Positions 21,081 through 29,586 of a stretch of DNA of 64,000 bases are shown here, in pieces. Both the position numbers and the translations under genes were made by a program. Below the pieces are notes generated by a model. It saw only the letters and a list, made by a program, of their open reading frames with translations, had not been told where the DNA came from and made no database searches. Each line of letters begins with the position of its first letter. Position 1 is the stretch's first letter. Source of the DNA: Alphaproteobacteria bacterium (GTDB lineage: Bacteria; Pseudomonadota; Alphaproteobacteria; JAPOUT01; G958296285); the NCBI GenBank assembly GCA_965212075.1, contig OZ243043.1, positions 260,933 to 324,932 on the forward strand. The letters run 5' to 3'.

Positions 21081-22685
21081 CTAGACGATTTTGGATTGTT
21101 TATGTCCCCAATAGCGATCGCGGAGCAGCCGCTTATAGAGCTTTCCGGTGGCATGGCGAGGCAGCTCCCTTTCAAAGTCTACGGATTTGGGACATTTTAT
21201 TGAAGAAAGCTGTTTTTGGCAATAAGCGATGAGTTCGGCTTCGGTGTCGGGGGATGCGTCTTCCCATCGGGCGGGCTGGACGACGGCTTTGACTTCCTCG
21301 CCGAACTCTTCATTGGGGACGCCGATGACGGCGACATCGGCGACTTTGGGATGGTTGATGAGGATGTTTTCGGCTTCTTGGGGATAGATATTGACGCCGC
21401 CCGAGATGATCATATGCGCGCGGCGGTCGGTGAGGTAGAGGAAGCCGTCTTCATCGAGCCAGCCAATATCGCCGAGGGTTGACCAGTCTTCATGCTGCGG
21501 GTGTCGTGAATCTTGTGTTTTATCGGGATCGTTATGGTAGGAGAATTCGTTTTCATTTTCAAAATAGATGAGGCCTTCTTGGCGGGGCGGCAGCTCGCTG
21601 CCGTTTTTGTCGCAGATATGGAGAATGCCGGTGATCGCCGGTCCGACCGAGCCTTCATGTTCAAGCCATTGCTCGGCGTTGATAGCGCAAAAGCCATTGC
21701 CTTCGGTTCCGGCGTAATATTCGCAGATGACCGGCCCCCACCATTGGATCATTTTGTGTTTAATCTCAATCGGGCAGGGTGCAGCGGCGTGGATGGCGAT
21801 CTTCATTGAGGAGAGGTCGTATTTTGCGCGGATGTCGTCGGGCATTTTGAGCATGCGCACGAACATAGTCGGGACGAACTGGCTGTGGGTGATTTTATAT
21901 TTTTCAATGAGTCGGAGAGTTTCTTCGGGGTCAAAGTGCTCCATGATGATTGCGGTTCCGCCGCAGGCGATAGCGCCCATAGTGAAGCGCAGGGGAGCGG
22001 CGTGGTAGAGCGGTGCGGGGGAGAGGTAGGTTATTTCGGGGGAGAACTGATAGAGCAGGGTCAGCAAGTCAAGGAGGCGTCCGGGTTCATCAAAGGGCTC
22101 TTCGGGCAGAGGGCGTCGCACACCTTTGGGCCGTCCGGTGGTGCCGGAGGAGTAGAGCATATCCGCACCTGCGGCGGGGTTTTTGATGAGGTGCGTGGGC
22201 TGTTTTTGTCGGGCGGCGAGGTAATTTTCGAAGCCTTCAAGGGGTGTGCCGTCGCAGAAGGTTTTGATGTTGTCACTGATGATTTTTTTAATTTGGCTGG
22301 CGGTTGACTGGAGCGTATCGGAGACGAAGAGCATTTTGGCGTTGCAGTCATTGATGATGTAAGCGGCTTCGGGCGGGGTGAGGCGCGTGGACATGGGCGT
22401 GTAATAGACGCCAGCGCGCTGAGCGCCCCAGCAAATTTCGAGGAAAGCGGGTTTGTTATCCATAAAGAGCGCGATGCCATCGCCGCGCTGGAGTCCGGCG
22501 CTGCGGAGCAGATGAGCGATCTGGTTAGCGCGGGAGTCGAGTTCGGCATAAGAGATGGCCTCGCCGGTTGCGGCCATGATGAACGCGGGATGATCGGGCT
22601 GCGTTTTGGCGTGGTGATGCGGATGCACAGCCATGTCGGACATTGTCTGTGTCGGGCTTCCTATTTGGCTCCCTGTTTGGTTCAT
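21081..22685 (-). CDS. AMP-dependent acyl-CoA synthetase/ligase
   Basis: AMP-binding motif (YSSGTTGRPKGV) and C-terminal motifs. Confidence 0.85.
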   Translation of the reverse strand: MNQTGSQIGSPTQTMSDMAVHPHHHAKTQPDHPAFIMAATGEAISYAELDSRANQIAHLLRSAGLQRGDGIALFMDNKPAFLEICWGAQRAGVYYTPMSTRLTPPEAAYIINDCNAKMLFVSDTLQSTASQIKKIISDNIKTFCDGTPLEGFENYLAARQKQPTHLIKNPAAGADMLYSSGTTGRPKGVRRPLPEEPFDEPGRLLDLLTLLYQFSPEITYLSPAPLYHAAPLRFTMGAIACGGTAIIMEHFDPEETLRLIEKYKITHSQFVPTMFVRMLKMPDDIRAKYDLSSMKIAIHAAAPCPIEIKHKMIQWWGPVICEYYAGTEGNGFCAINAEQWLEHEGSVGPAITGILHICDKNGSELPPRQEGLIYFENENEFSYHNDPDKTQDSRHPQHEDWSTLGDIGWLDEDGFLYLTDRRAHMIISGGVNIYPQEAENILINHPKVADVAVIGVPNEEFGEEVKAVVQPARWEDASPDTEAELIAYCQKQLSSIKCPKSVDFERELPRHATGKLYKRLLRDRYWGHKQSKIV

Positions 22686-22850
22686 GAGGTTTCCCCTTTT
22701 CCCTTTAATTTTATTATATCCTATTTTGAGGTGCTTATGAGGCGAGACGCCGCCGCGCCACCTCCCGCGCAGCCCTGCTTTGATAGCGGGGTTTCAGGGG
22801 TATGAAAGCCAAAGATCAACTTTGAGCATAAGATTAGATTTTTGATTCAA

Positions 22851-22883
22851 GATCAATACTTGATCTGATCCGCCGATCCGATC
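22851..22883. repeat. cluster of five GATC tetranucleotides in 33 bp at the edge of the AT-rich islet
   Basis: GATCaatacttGATCtGATCcgccGATCcGATC, with a GATTC (GANTC) 5 nt upstream. It sits just past the stop codon of the small HTH gene. Confidence 0.6.
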
Positions 22884-22890
22884 AACGTTT

Positions 22891-23175
22891 TTATTTTTTT
22901 GTAAGCAGTTTGTCGGGTTCTATGCCACGCGAGCTAAGAGCTTTAATAAGACCTTGCAAAATTGGCCCTGGCGCTCCTGCTGGGGGTAGCTCGTCTTTTT
23001 CAGCAGGCATGACCCAGTGGAAATTAGCGCCTGTTGCTATTTCAGCGATCCGACCGCTATTGACACCAAAGAAAGCCGCAACGTCATGCTGGCGATCTCC
23101 TCGTTGTAGCATGCCTTTTGCAATGGCAGCGTCATGCTCATTTAATCTGTTTCCTGATGATTTTGCTCTTGTCAT
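22891..23175 (-). CDS. small HTH protein (resolvase/IS630-type HTH-like), partner of the DGQHR gene
   Basis: 94 aa. LNEHDAAIAKGMLQRGDRQHDVAAFFGVNSGRIAEI resembles a three-helix HTH. GC is lower than in flanking core genes. Confidence 0.5.
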   Translation of the reverse strand: MTRAKSSGNRLNEHDAAIAKGMLQRGDRQHDVAAFFGVNSGRIAEIATGANFHWVMPAEKDELPPAGAPGPILQGLIKALSSRGIEPDKLLTKK

Positions 23176-23220
23176 GGTTTTGCCCTCCGATGACTGTTGG
23201 TTTATGTTTGAGGTTGAATA

Positions 23221-24333
23221 TTATACGTTTAGTGCATTCTTGATTCTTTTGGTTATGATGTTTCTACCTTGCTCGCTGCTGAATTGACCAGCGGCTCCTT
23301 CATATCCTGCTCGCCAAAAATCAATGCCCTCAACTATTTCCCCTTCACTATTTTCTGCGCCTAATTTCTCAAGAGCCGGTTTGAGGATGTTTGCATATTC
23401 TTGTGGATCAGCAGGATCTTTTCCATCCATAACAATATTGATGAGAACAGATGGGATTAAAGCATGCAAAACATATACGCCAACAGTTTTCTGAATGGCG
23501 TAATTTTTTGGATTGTCTGTAAATGCCTCCTCAAATATGATTCTAATGCCTTTCCAGAGCGCATCAAGAATTTCCACTCTATCCTCGGTTTTGAATCTAG
23601 GTTGAATAAAACTTGATCCTTCACTTAGTGATCCTCGCAGAGAATTAACAATGGCGGCTGAGCCAATAATAGCTCCTTTAGTTTTTGTGTTCGGGAAACG
23701 GATAAGCCCTTTCCATATCTCTGTTTTATCTAGTTTTTCTGCGATGCTTTGAGCTTCCAACATCCAATCCAGCTTTTCTCTGGTTAGATATTCTTCGAGA
23801 TTCGATTCTGTTTGTGCCCTCTTTTTGAGTAGGGCGTAAGTGAGGTCAGTTTTGACGGATTTTGCTGTTGAATTAACGATGTGAAAGTGCTTCATTTCAT
23901 CTTCTTCATTAGCGCCAAGGAGACAGACGAACGGAAGCTGGTGATTCATCCACGTGTTATCATCGTGCTCTTCCTTAAGTTGCTTGAGGGCTTTTACACG
24001 ATGTTGCCCATCAATGATGAAAAATTTATCATTTTTGTTTTTTGGCAATGGTAGATGAAATCCACCTTTGTCTTTGAGTAAATCTTTCTCTGTGATGTTT
24101 CTTCTGTTAATAAGAATTGCTGTTGGCAGATCAGCTCGGCCTTGATGTAGGCTTTCAGCTAGTTGTGAAACACGCCTTTTATTGGCTTCGCGTTGATAGC
24201 CTTCTTTGGTTTCTTGGTCCCACTCGGGGATTTCAAAGTTTCTGAGGATGTGAATCACACTCATTGATCCGACAACGGTCGGTATCCTGCCTTCGATGAG
24301 GGGGCCTTCAACGACTTTAATTGAGTTTTCCAT
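23221..24333 (-). CDS. DGQHR-domain protein (DndB/DpdB-like, ParB/Srx nuclease superfamily), standalone
   Basis: Exact DGQHR motif (FFIIDGQHRVKALKQL) and a downstream HIVNSTAKSVKTDLTYALL block like DndB. About 370 aa. The gene is about 42% GC against about 57% for neighbours. Confidence 0.7.
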   Translation of the reverse strand: MENSIKVVEGPLIEGRIPTVVGSMSVIHILRNFEIPEWDQETKEGYQREANKRRVSQLAESLHQGRADLPTAILINRRNITEKDLLKDKGGFHLPLPKNKNDKFFIIDGQHRVKALKQLKEEHDDNTWMNHQLPFVCLLGANEEDEMKHFHIVNSTAKSVKTDLTYALLKKRAQTESNLEEYLTREKLDWMLEAQSIAEKLDKTEIWKGLIRFPNTKTKGAIIGSAAIVNSLRGSLSEGSSFIQPRFKTEDRVEILDALWKGIRIIFEEAFTDNPKNYAIQKTVGVYVLHALIPSVLINIVMDGKDPADPQEYANILKPALEKLGAENSEGEIVEGIDFWRAGYEGAAGQFSSEQGRNIITKRIKNALNV

Positions 24334-24532
24334 GGATATTATTTCCTAAATTGTTTGATGTTCTCTTGGAGTTAGATTGATGTTAGATTAGATCATATTT
24401 TAAGGATCTGTCAACAGAATAATGGAAAAAATATCTAATTTTACATATCTTGCATTGCTCGCTAATACAACCTATAATTGCATGTGTCATACTCATTCAA
24501 AGTGGTATAAACTATAAGAAGAAAGGGGGGCT

Positions 24533-25255
24533 ATGAAACAGAAAATCCAGTTGCTAGAAGCGTTTGATCGGCTCGGCGGCATCGCGGCGTTGCGCGACCT
24601 ATATCAGGAAACCGATATATCTCAATGGGAAACGAAGACGCCCTATGCGTCCATCCGGCGGCTCGTCCAGCAGGAGGAGGAGTTCTTTCGTCTGCGTCCG
24701 GGCCTCTACTGCCTCGCCAAGCGCGAGAAGCAATTCGCGCGCTTCAAGACCGGCACGAAGATAACCAAAGAGCATAATGATTTCCACAGCTATTATCAGG
24801 CGCGGCTTCTTGAGATAGGTCGGCTGCGTCATTTCCGCACCTATGCGCCTCCGCAGGACAGGCGAAAAAAGGTGTTTTCGGGCGGGCTGGTCGGCGATTT
24901 TTGCGATGAGGAAGAACTGCCCCCATTCAGCTATAAGAAGTTTCTGCAGAAGGCCAAGACGGTGGATGCGATTTGGTTTAATGATCGCAATATGCCGGCC
25001 AGCTTTTATGAGGTTGAGTTCACGACGAATTTCATCAACTCCTTGATGAAGTTCACCGAGCTGCAGGATTTCCATGCGGAGTTCATCATCGTCTCCGATG
25101 TTTCGCGCCGCCGCAGCTTTGATGACAAAATGGCCAGCGCGACCTTCCAGCCAATGAAGAAGCGGGTCAAGTTTAAGAGTTTTGATTTAATTGATAAGGA
25201 ATATAATGGCTATATGGAAATTTCATCGCCGAAAGATTTACAGGAGGGAAAGTGA
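24533..25255 (+). CDS. hypothetical protein: N-terminal Mrr_N-like winged helix plus possible restriction-endonuclease-like C-terminal region
   Basis: The N-terminus (KIQLLEAFDRLGGIAALRDLYQETDIS...FFRLRPGLYCLAK) fits a wHTH. The C-terminus (VDAIWFND...FYEVEFTT...K) is loosely PD-(D/E)xK-like. It overlaps the crotonase start in ATGA fashion. GC is host-like. Confidence 0.4.
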   Translation: MKQKIQLLEAFDRLGGIAALRDLYQETDISQWETKTPYASIRRLVQQEEEFFRLRPGLYCLAKREKQFARFKTGTKITKEHNDFHSYYQARLLEIGRLRHFRTYAPPQDRRKKVFSGGLVGDFCDEEELPPFSYKKFLQKAKTVDAIWFNDRNMPASFYEVEFTTNFINSLMKFTELQDFHAEFIIVSDVSRRRSFDDKMASATFQPMKKRVKFKSFDLIDKEYNGYMEISSPKDLQEGK

Positions 25256-26163
25256 TGAGCGCAAACTACCAAACAATTCTTGCCGACAAAAAGGACGGCA
25301 TCTTATTGATTACCTTGAACCGGCCCGCCAAGCTCAACGCGTTCACTGTGGAGATGATGCGCGAGATCATTGATGCTCTCGACAAAGCCGACCAAGATGA
25401 CGAGGTGCGCGTGATTATTTTCACCGGCGCGGGGCGGGGCTTTTGCGCGGGCGCGGATCTTTCGGCGGGCGCGGAAACCTTTGACTATGAAAAGCGCGAG
25501 GACAGGCCGGAGCGCCACACGCCGCGCCTCGCCGACGGCTCGCCCGATTATGCCAGCCAGAAAATGCGCGATGGCGGCGGCTTGACCTCGCTGCGGCTCT
25601 ACGGGTGTCTCAAGCCGATCATTGCGGCGTTTAACGGCCCGGCGGTCGGCGTCGGGATCACGATGATGCTGCCTGCGGATATTCGCTTAGCGTCGCATGA
25701 GGCGCGGTTCGGCTTTGTGTTCACGCGGCGCGGCGTGGTGGCGGAGGCCTGTTCGTCGTGGTTTTTGCCGCGCCTTGTCGGGATCGCGCAGGCGCAGGAG
25801 TGGATGTTGACAGGCCGCGTCTTTGATGCTGAGGAGGCGTGGCAGGGCGGCTTAGTGCGCTCGCTGCACGAGCCCGACGAGCTTCTCCCCGCCGCCTTCG
25901 CGCTGGCGCGCGAGATCGCCGACAACACCGCGCCGGTTTCGGTCACGATGGTGCGGCGGATGATGTGGTCGATGTTAGGCGCCGATCACCCGATGGAGGC
26001 GCATAAGGTTGATAGCCGCGGCATTTTCGCTTTAGGCCGCGCCGCCGATGCCCGCGAGGGCATCATGGCCTTTTTGGAAAAGCGCGCCGCGCAATTTCCG
26101 GGCAAGGTGAGCGAAGATATGCCCTCCTTTTTCCCTTGGGAGAAAAAGCGCGATTACAGCTAG
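25252..26163 (+). CDS. enoyl-CoA hydratase/isomerase (crotonase family)
   Basis: LITLNRPAKLNAF...FTGAGRGFCAGADL oxyanion-hole motifs. Confidence 0.85.
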   Translation: MMSANYQTILADKKDGILLITLNRPAKLNAFTVEMMREIIDALDKADQDDEVRVIIFTGAGRGFCAGADLSAGAETFDYEKREDRPERHTPRLADGSPDYASQKMRDGGGLTSLRLYGCLKPIIAAFNGPAVGVGITMMLPADIRLASHEARFGFVFTRRGVVAEACSSWFLPRLVGIAQAQEWMLTGRVFDAEEAWQGGLVRSLHEPDELLPAAFALAREIADNTAPVSVTMVRRMMWSMLGADHPMEAHKVDSRGIFALGRAADAREGIMAFLEKRAAQFPGKVSEDMPSFFPWEKKRDYS

Positions 26164-26169
26164 GCGTGT

Positions 26170-27429
26170 TTATAACTTGGTGGTTTTCTCGACATTATCC
26201 ACTTCGCGCTCCGACAGCCGGATGTTGAGCAGGTTAGAAAAGCACACCACCGAGAGCAGCACCGCGCCCATCCCGCCGACCGAGATCAGCGGCGCTTGGT
26301 GGACGCCGACTAGATCAACGCAGATGCCGGTCAGCAATGCCCCGAACGGCGCGCCGCCCATAAACGATAATTGATAGATGGAGAGGATTCGCGCGCGATG
26401 GCTGTCGGGCGCGCGGTTCTGGATAATCGTCCGCCCCGACGACATAGAACAGCCCGCCGCGATCCCCCAAAACACGCAAAGCGCGGCGAGCATCCAATAA
26501 GGCTTTTCAATGGAGAGCAGGAAGATCACCACAAGGCCGGAGCTGATGCCCATCGCGAGCAGCCGTCCGACTGAGGCGATCTGCCCGATCCGCAGCAGCA
26601 TGATCGTCGCGACAATCGTGCCCGCCCAGAACAGCATATTCAATATCGCGATGTCCGCCGCGTCGCCCTGATAATAATCGCGCACTAAGATCGGCAGCAG
26701 CACCAAAAACGTTCCGATATAAAAAATTGAAATCCCAAACTGCAAAATCAGAACCGGCGAGATGTCCTTATGGCCGAACGCGACTTTGATGCCGTCAATC
26801 ATTTCGGGCAGCCGCCGCGGCAGCGCGCCGGATAGCTCTGGCCGCTGGGCGAGATCGCGCGGCAGCCGAAACGCCGCATAGCTCGCCGCGATAAAGATAA
26901 AGCCCTGCATGATGGGCAGCCAGCCAATGTGGATGAACTCAGACAGCGCAGCCAAAGTCATGCCGGTCAGCATCGCCGTGAATTGCAGGCCCAGCGCGAT
27001 ATTGACCGCGCGCTGAATCTCGGCAATCCCGACAATGTGCGAGAGCAGCGCATCGCGCGCAGGCATCACAAACGAGCTGATCGTCCCCATCGCAACGCCA
27101 TAGACGATCAGGCCAAACAGGCTCAGCTGGTCGGCGAGCACCATATAGCCCAGCACGATCGGCGGAAAAAACGCGATGCTCTGCAGCCGCAATAATATGA
27201 TCCGGCCATCATTACGTTCGGCGGTGACTCCGGCGGGGAGCATTAAAAAGAGCGCGGGTATCAGCAGCGATGCCTGCGCGATGCCGAGCATCGTCGCGTC
27301 AAGCCCCAGCACCAGCGCGCCGATCGCTTGAAAGGCGACAAGCTGAATCCCATGGCAGAGAAACCAGAAGGCCTGTCCGCTCATATACCAAGCGAGCGGT
27401 GCGGTGTCAGGTTTGGCGGCCTCGCTCAT
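26170..27429 (-). CDS. MFS transporter (paralogue 1 of a tandem pair)
   Basis: About 12 predicted TM segments. The N-terminus WYMSGQAFWFLCHGIQLVAFQAIGALVLGL is strongly similar to that of the next gene. Confidence 0.7.
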   Translation of the reverse strand: MSEAAKPDTAPLAWYMSGQAFWFLCHGIQLVAFQAIGALVLGLDATMLGIAQASLLIPALFLMLPAGVTAERNDGRIILLRLQSIAFFPPIVLGYMVLADQLSLFGLIVYGVAMGTISSFVMPARDALLSHIVGIAEIQRAVNIALGLQFTAMLTGMTLAALSEFIHIGWLPIMQGFIFIAASYAAFRLPRDLAQRPELSGALPRRLPEMIDGIKVAFGHKDISPVLILQFGISIFYIGTFLVLLPILVRDYYQGDAADIAILNMLFWAGTIVATIMLLRIGQIASVGRLLAMGISSGLVVIFLLSIEKPYWMLAALCVFWGIAAGCSMSSGRTIIQNRAPDSHRARILSIYQLSFMGGAPFGALLTGICVDLVGVHQAPLISVGGMGAVLLSVVCFSNLLNIRLSEREVDNVEKTTKL

Positions 27430-28697
27430 ATTGGCTGCTCTACCTGCGGGGCTTCATCAAGTTTAATCGACCAGAGTCGCGTGAAAAAGATCGTGCCGCT
27501 TAAGACGACGAACATGCCGATCATGGGCACGAGGGGCGCAGCGTGGAGGTTGTTGATGATGTCAATCAGCGCGCCGAACATCAAAGCGCCGATGGGCGCG
27601 CCGCCGAGGAAGGCGAGCTGGTAGATGGATAAGAGCCGTCCGCGATGGCTTTCGGGCGCGCGGCTTTGGACGATCGTGCGACTCGCCGACATGAAGACGC
27701 CGCCGCCGCAGCCCCAGATGAAACACAGACCGGCAACCCACCAGAAAACGCCCGGAATTGACAATAAGATTAAAACGGTCAGGCCGGTGATTGCGGCAAA
27801 GACAAGCAGGCGGCCAAGATGTTGAACTCGTTTGGCGCGCAGCAGTGCGAAGGCGGAAAACACCATGCCGGCAAAAAACAAAATGTTGATGATCGCAAGG
27901 TCGCCAAGGTCGCTGGCATCGCCCTGATAATAATCGCGCACGATCAGCGGGAAGAAGACAAAAAACGTGCCCATATAAAACATGCTGATAAAGAACGTCA
28001 GGATGATGACCGGCGCGATTTCGCGATGCCTGAACGCAAGCCGCAGGCCGTCCATGATTTGCGCGGTGCGATGGGTGGAGGAATCGTAGGTTTGCTGCGA
28101 GGCCGACGGCATGAGCTGGTAGGGCAGGCGGTGTGTCACAAAGGCGGCCAGCACAAGAGCAAGCGCTTGGCACATTGGCATCCAGCCGATCTGAAACGCT
28201 GACAGGCCAACGAACGCCATGCCGATGACTTGGCCGACAAATTGCAATCCTATGGCGATCGTCACGGCGCGCTGGATTTCGTGCGGCGCGACGATGCGTG
28301 AGATGAGCGCATCGCGGGTGGGCATCACGAAAGAAAAGATGACGCCCATCACCATCGCATAGATGATGAGGCCGGTGAAATCCAGCTGCTGCGTGAGCAC
28401 CATGATGGATAAAACAAAAGGCGGCAAGACGGCAGCAAGCTGCAAGCGGATCAGCAGCAGACGGCCATCATTGCGCTCAGCCGCGACTCCGGCAGGCAGC
28501 ATGAAGAGCAGAGTCGGCAGCAGCAGCGCTGATTGCGCGATCCCCAATTGTGTGCCGCTGAGATTCAAAACGAGCGCACCGATCGCTTGAAAGGCGATAA
28601 ATTGGATGCCCATAGCGACAAACCAGAGGCTTTGCCCCATCATATACCAGCTAAGCACGGCGCGCTGGCTGGGTTGAATATCGGGCATTTCGCTCAT
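27426..28697 (-). CDS. MFS transporter (paralogue 2 of a tandem pair)
   Basis: WYMMGQSLWFVAMGIQFIAFQAIGALVLNL and matching blocks throughout. Overlaps paralogue 1 by 4 nt. AAGGAGG RBS 14 nt upstream. Confidence 0.7.
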   Translation of the reverse strand: MSEMPDIQPSQRAVLSWYMMGQSLWFVAMGIQFIAFQAIGALVLNLSGTQLGIAQSALLLPTLLFMLPAGVAAERNDGRLLLIRLQLAAVLPPFVLSIMVLTQQLDFTGLIIYAMVMGVIFSFVMPTRDALISRIVAPHEIQRAVTIAIGLQFVGQVIGMAFVGLSAFQIGWMPMCQALALVLAAFVTHRLPYQLMPSASQQTYDSSTHRTAQIMDGLRLAFRHREIAPVIILTFFISMFYMGTFFVFFPLIVRDYYQGDASDLGDLAIINILFFAGMVFSAFALLRAKRVQHLGRLLVFAAITGLTVLILLSIPGVFWWVAGLCFIWGCGGGVFMSASRTIVQSRAPESHRGRLLSIYQLAFLGGAPIGALMFGALIDIINNLHAAPLVPMIGMFVVLSGTIFFTRLWSIKLDEAPQVEQPI

Positions 28698-28875
28698 TTC
28701 GCTGACGGGAGGCCTCCTTTTTCGTGATTATGCCCGCGATTATGGCCGCATAACACGCTGCCCGCAAGGCTGAAGGGAGATGAGGGGGTAAGAAAAATTT
28801 AACCCTAGGGCTATAATGATAGAAGGCATTTTAAGGTGCATTTTAGGACGAGTCCGCATTAAGTTTCGGAACAAA

Positions 28876-29586
28876 AATATGAGCAAACAAGATCACAGTT
28901 TGGGCGCGGCCCTTTTGACCCTTGTCTTTTTTTTGGGCGGTTGCGGGACGACGGATGTGCAGTCTCTGCCCGATGATCTGTTGCAGAGCTTGGCCGCGCC
29001 CGATTCTTATGTAGCGACGCAAGATGGCGTGGCCACAAATAATGCACAGCCCGATTCTAGTCAAGTCAAAGGCAAAAATGGCGCAGCAGCCAAAGGCGGT
29101 CCGTTTGCGCGTCTTCGCCGTGCGCTTGAGCGCGGTGATTTTGATCCCAGTAAAATCAAAGCGCCTGAATATAACGTGCCGGTCTATAAGAGTGGAATCA
29201 AAAAGAAGCAGCAGCTTGGCGCGCTGATGGATTCGGCTTATGATGCTTATGAAAAAGTGACCGGAGATAAATGGTATCCGCGCCGCGCGCGCATTGGCAC
29301 AGGCAGGCCTTCGGGTGATCCTTTGCTCAATCCGAACTGGTGGCAGATTTATGCCGGCCAGACTCTGCAGCGAACATTGGCGACATGGGGCGCACGCGCG
29401 GGATGGCGCGTCGTGTGGAAGTCGGATTATGAATATCCGATTGAGGCCAACGCTGTTTTTATCGGAGACTTTCCCAAAGTGGTGCAGCGCGTTTTGGAGG
29501 TTTTTGAAAAAGAGCCGTCTCCGGTTCATGCGGTTTTTTATAAGAATCGCGTTGTTGTTATAGATAATCATGAAGGTAATGGATGA
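28876..29586 (+). CDS. lipoprotein with TcpQ-like C-terminal domain (PilL-like, type IVb pilus-associated)
   Basis: Start moved to MSKQDHSLGAALLTLVFFLGGCG (lipobox LGGC). The C-terminus TLQRTLATWGARAGWRVVWKSDYEYPIEANAVFIGDF matches the TcpQ/PilL family pattern as I remember it. Confidence 0.55.
   Translation, partial: NMSKQDHSLGAALLTLVFFLGGCGTTDVQSLPDDLLQSLAAPDSYVATQDGVATNNAQPDSSQVKGKNGAAAKGGPFARLRRALERGDFDPSKIKAPEYNVPVYKSGIKKKQQLGALMDSAYDAYEKVTGDKWYPRRARIGTGRPSGDPLLNPNWWQIYAGQTLQRTLATWGARAGWRVVWKSDYEYPIEANAVFIGDFPKVVQRVLEVFEKEPSPVHAVFYKNRVVVIDNHEGNG

Noticed and set aside
22686-22890. Searched the islet boundaries and all intergenic gaps for tRNA or tmRNA genes as integration targets
   Set aside because: No cloverleaf-compatible sequence with a T-loop GTTCRANYC motif was found. 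No tRNA is called in this window.
24564-24764. Small Arg-rich ORFs overlapping the wHTH gene (24564..24764, 24744..24926 and others)
   Set aside because: These are off-frame artefacts inside a gene with a coherent domain structure.
28703-28725. GGAGGCCTCC hairpin followed by TTTTT, which looks like a + strand intrinsic terminator
   Set aside because: No + strand gene ends here. On the - strand it is the AAGGAGG ribosome-binding site 14 nt upstream of the MFS start. It may be an SD-occluding hairpin but is not a terminator.
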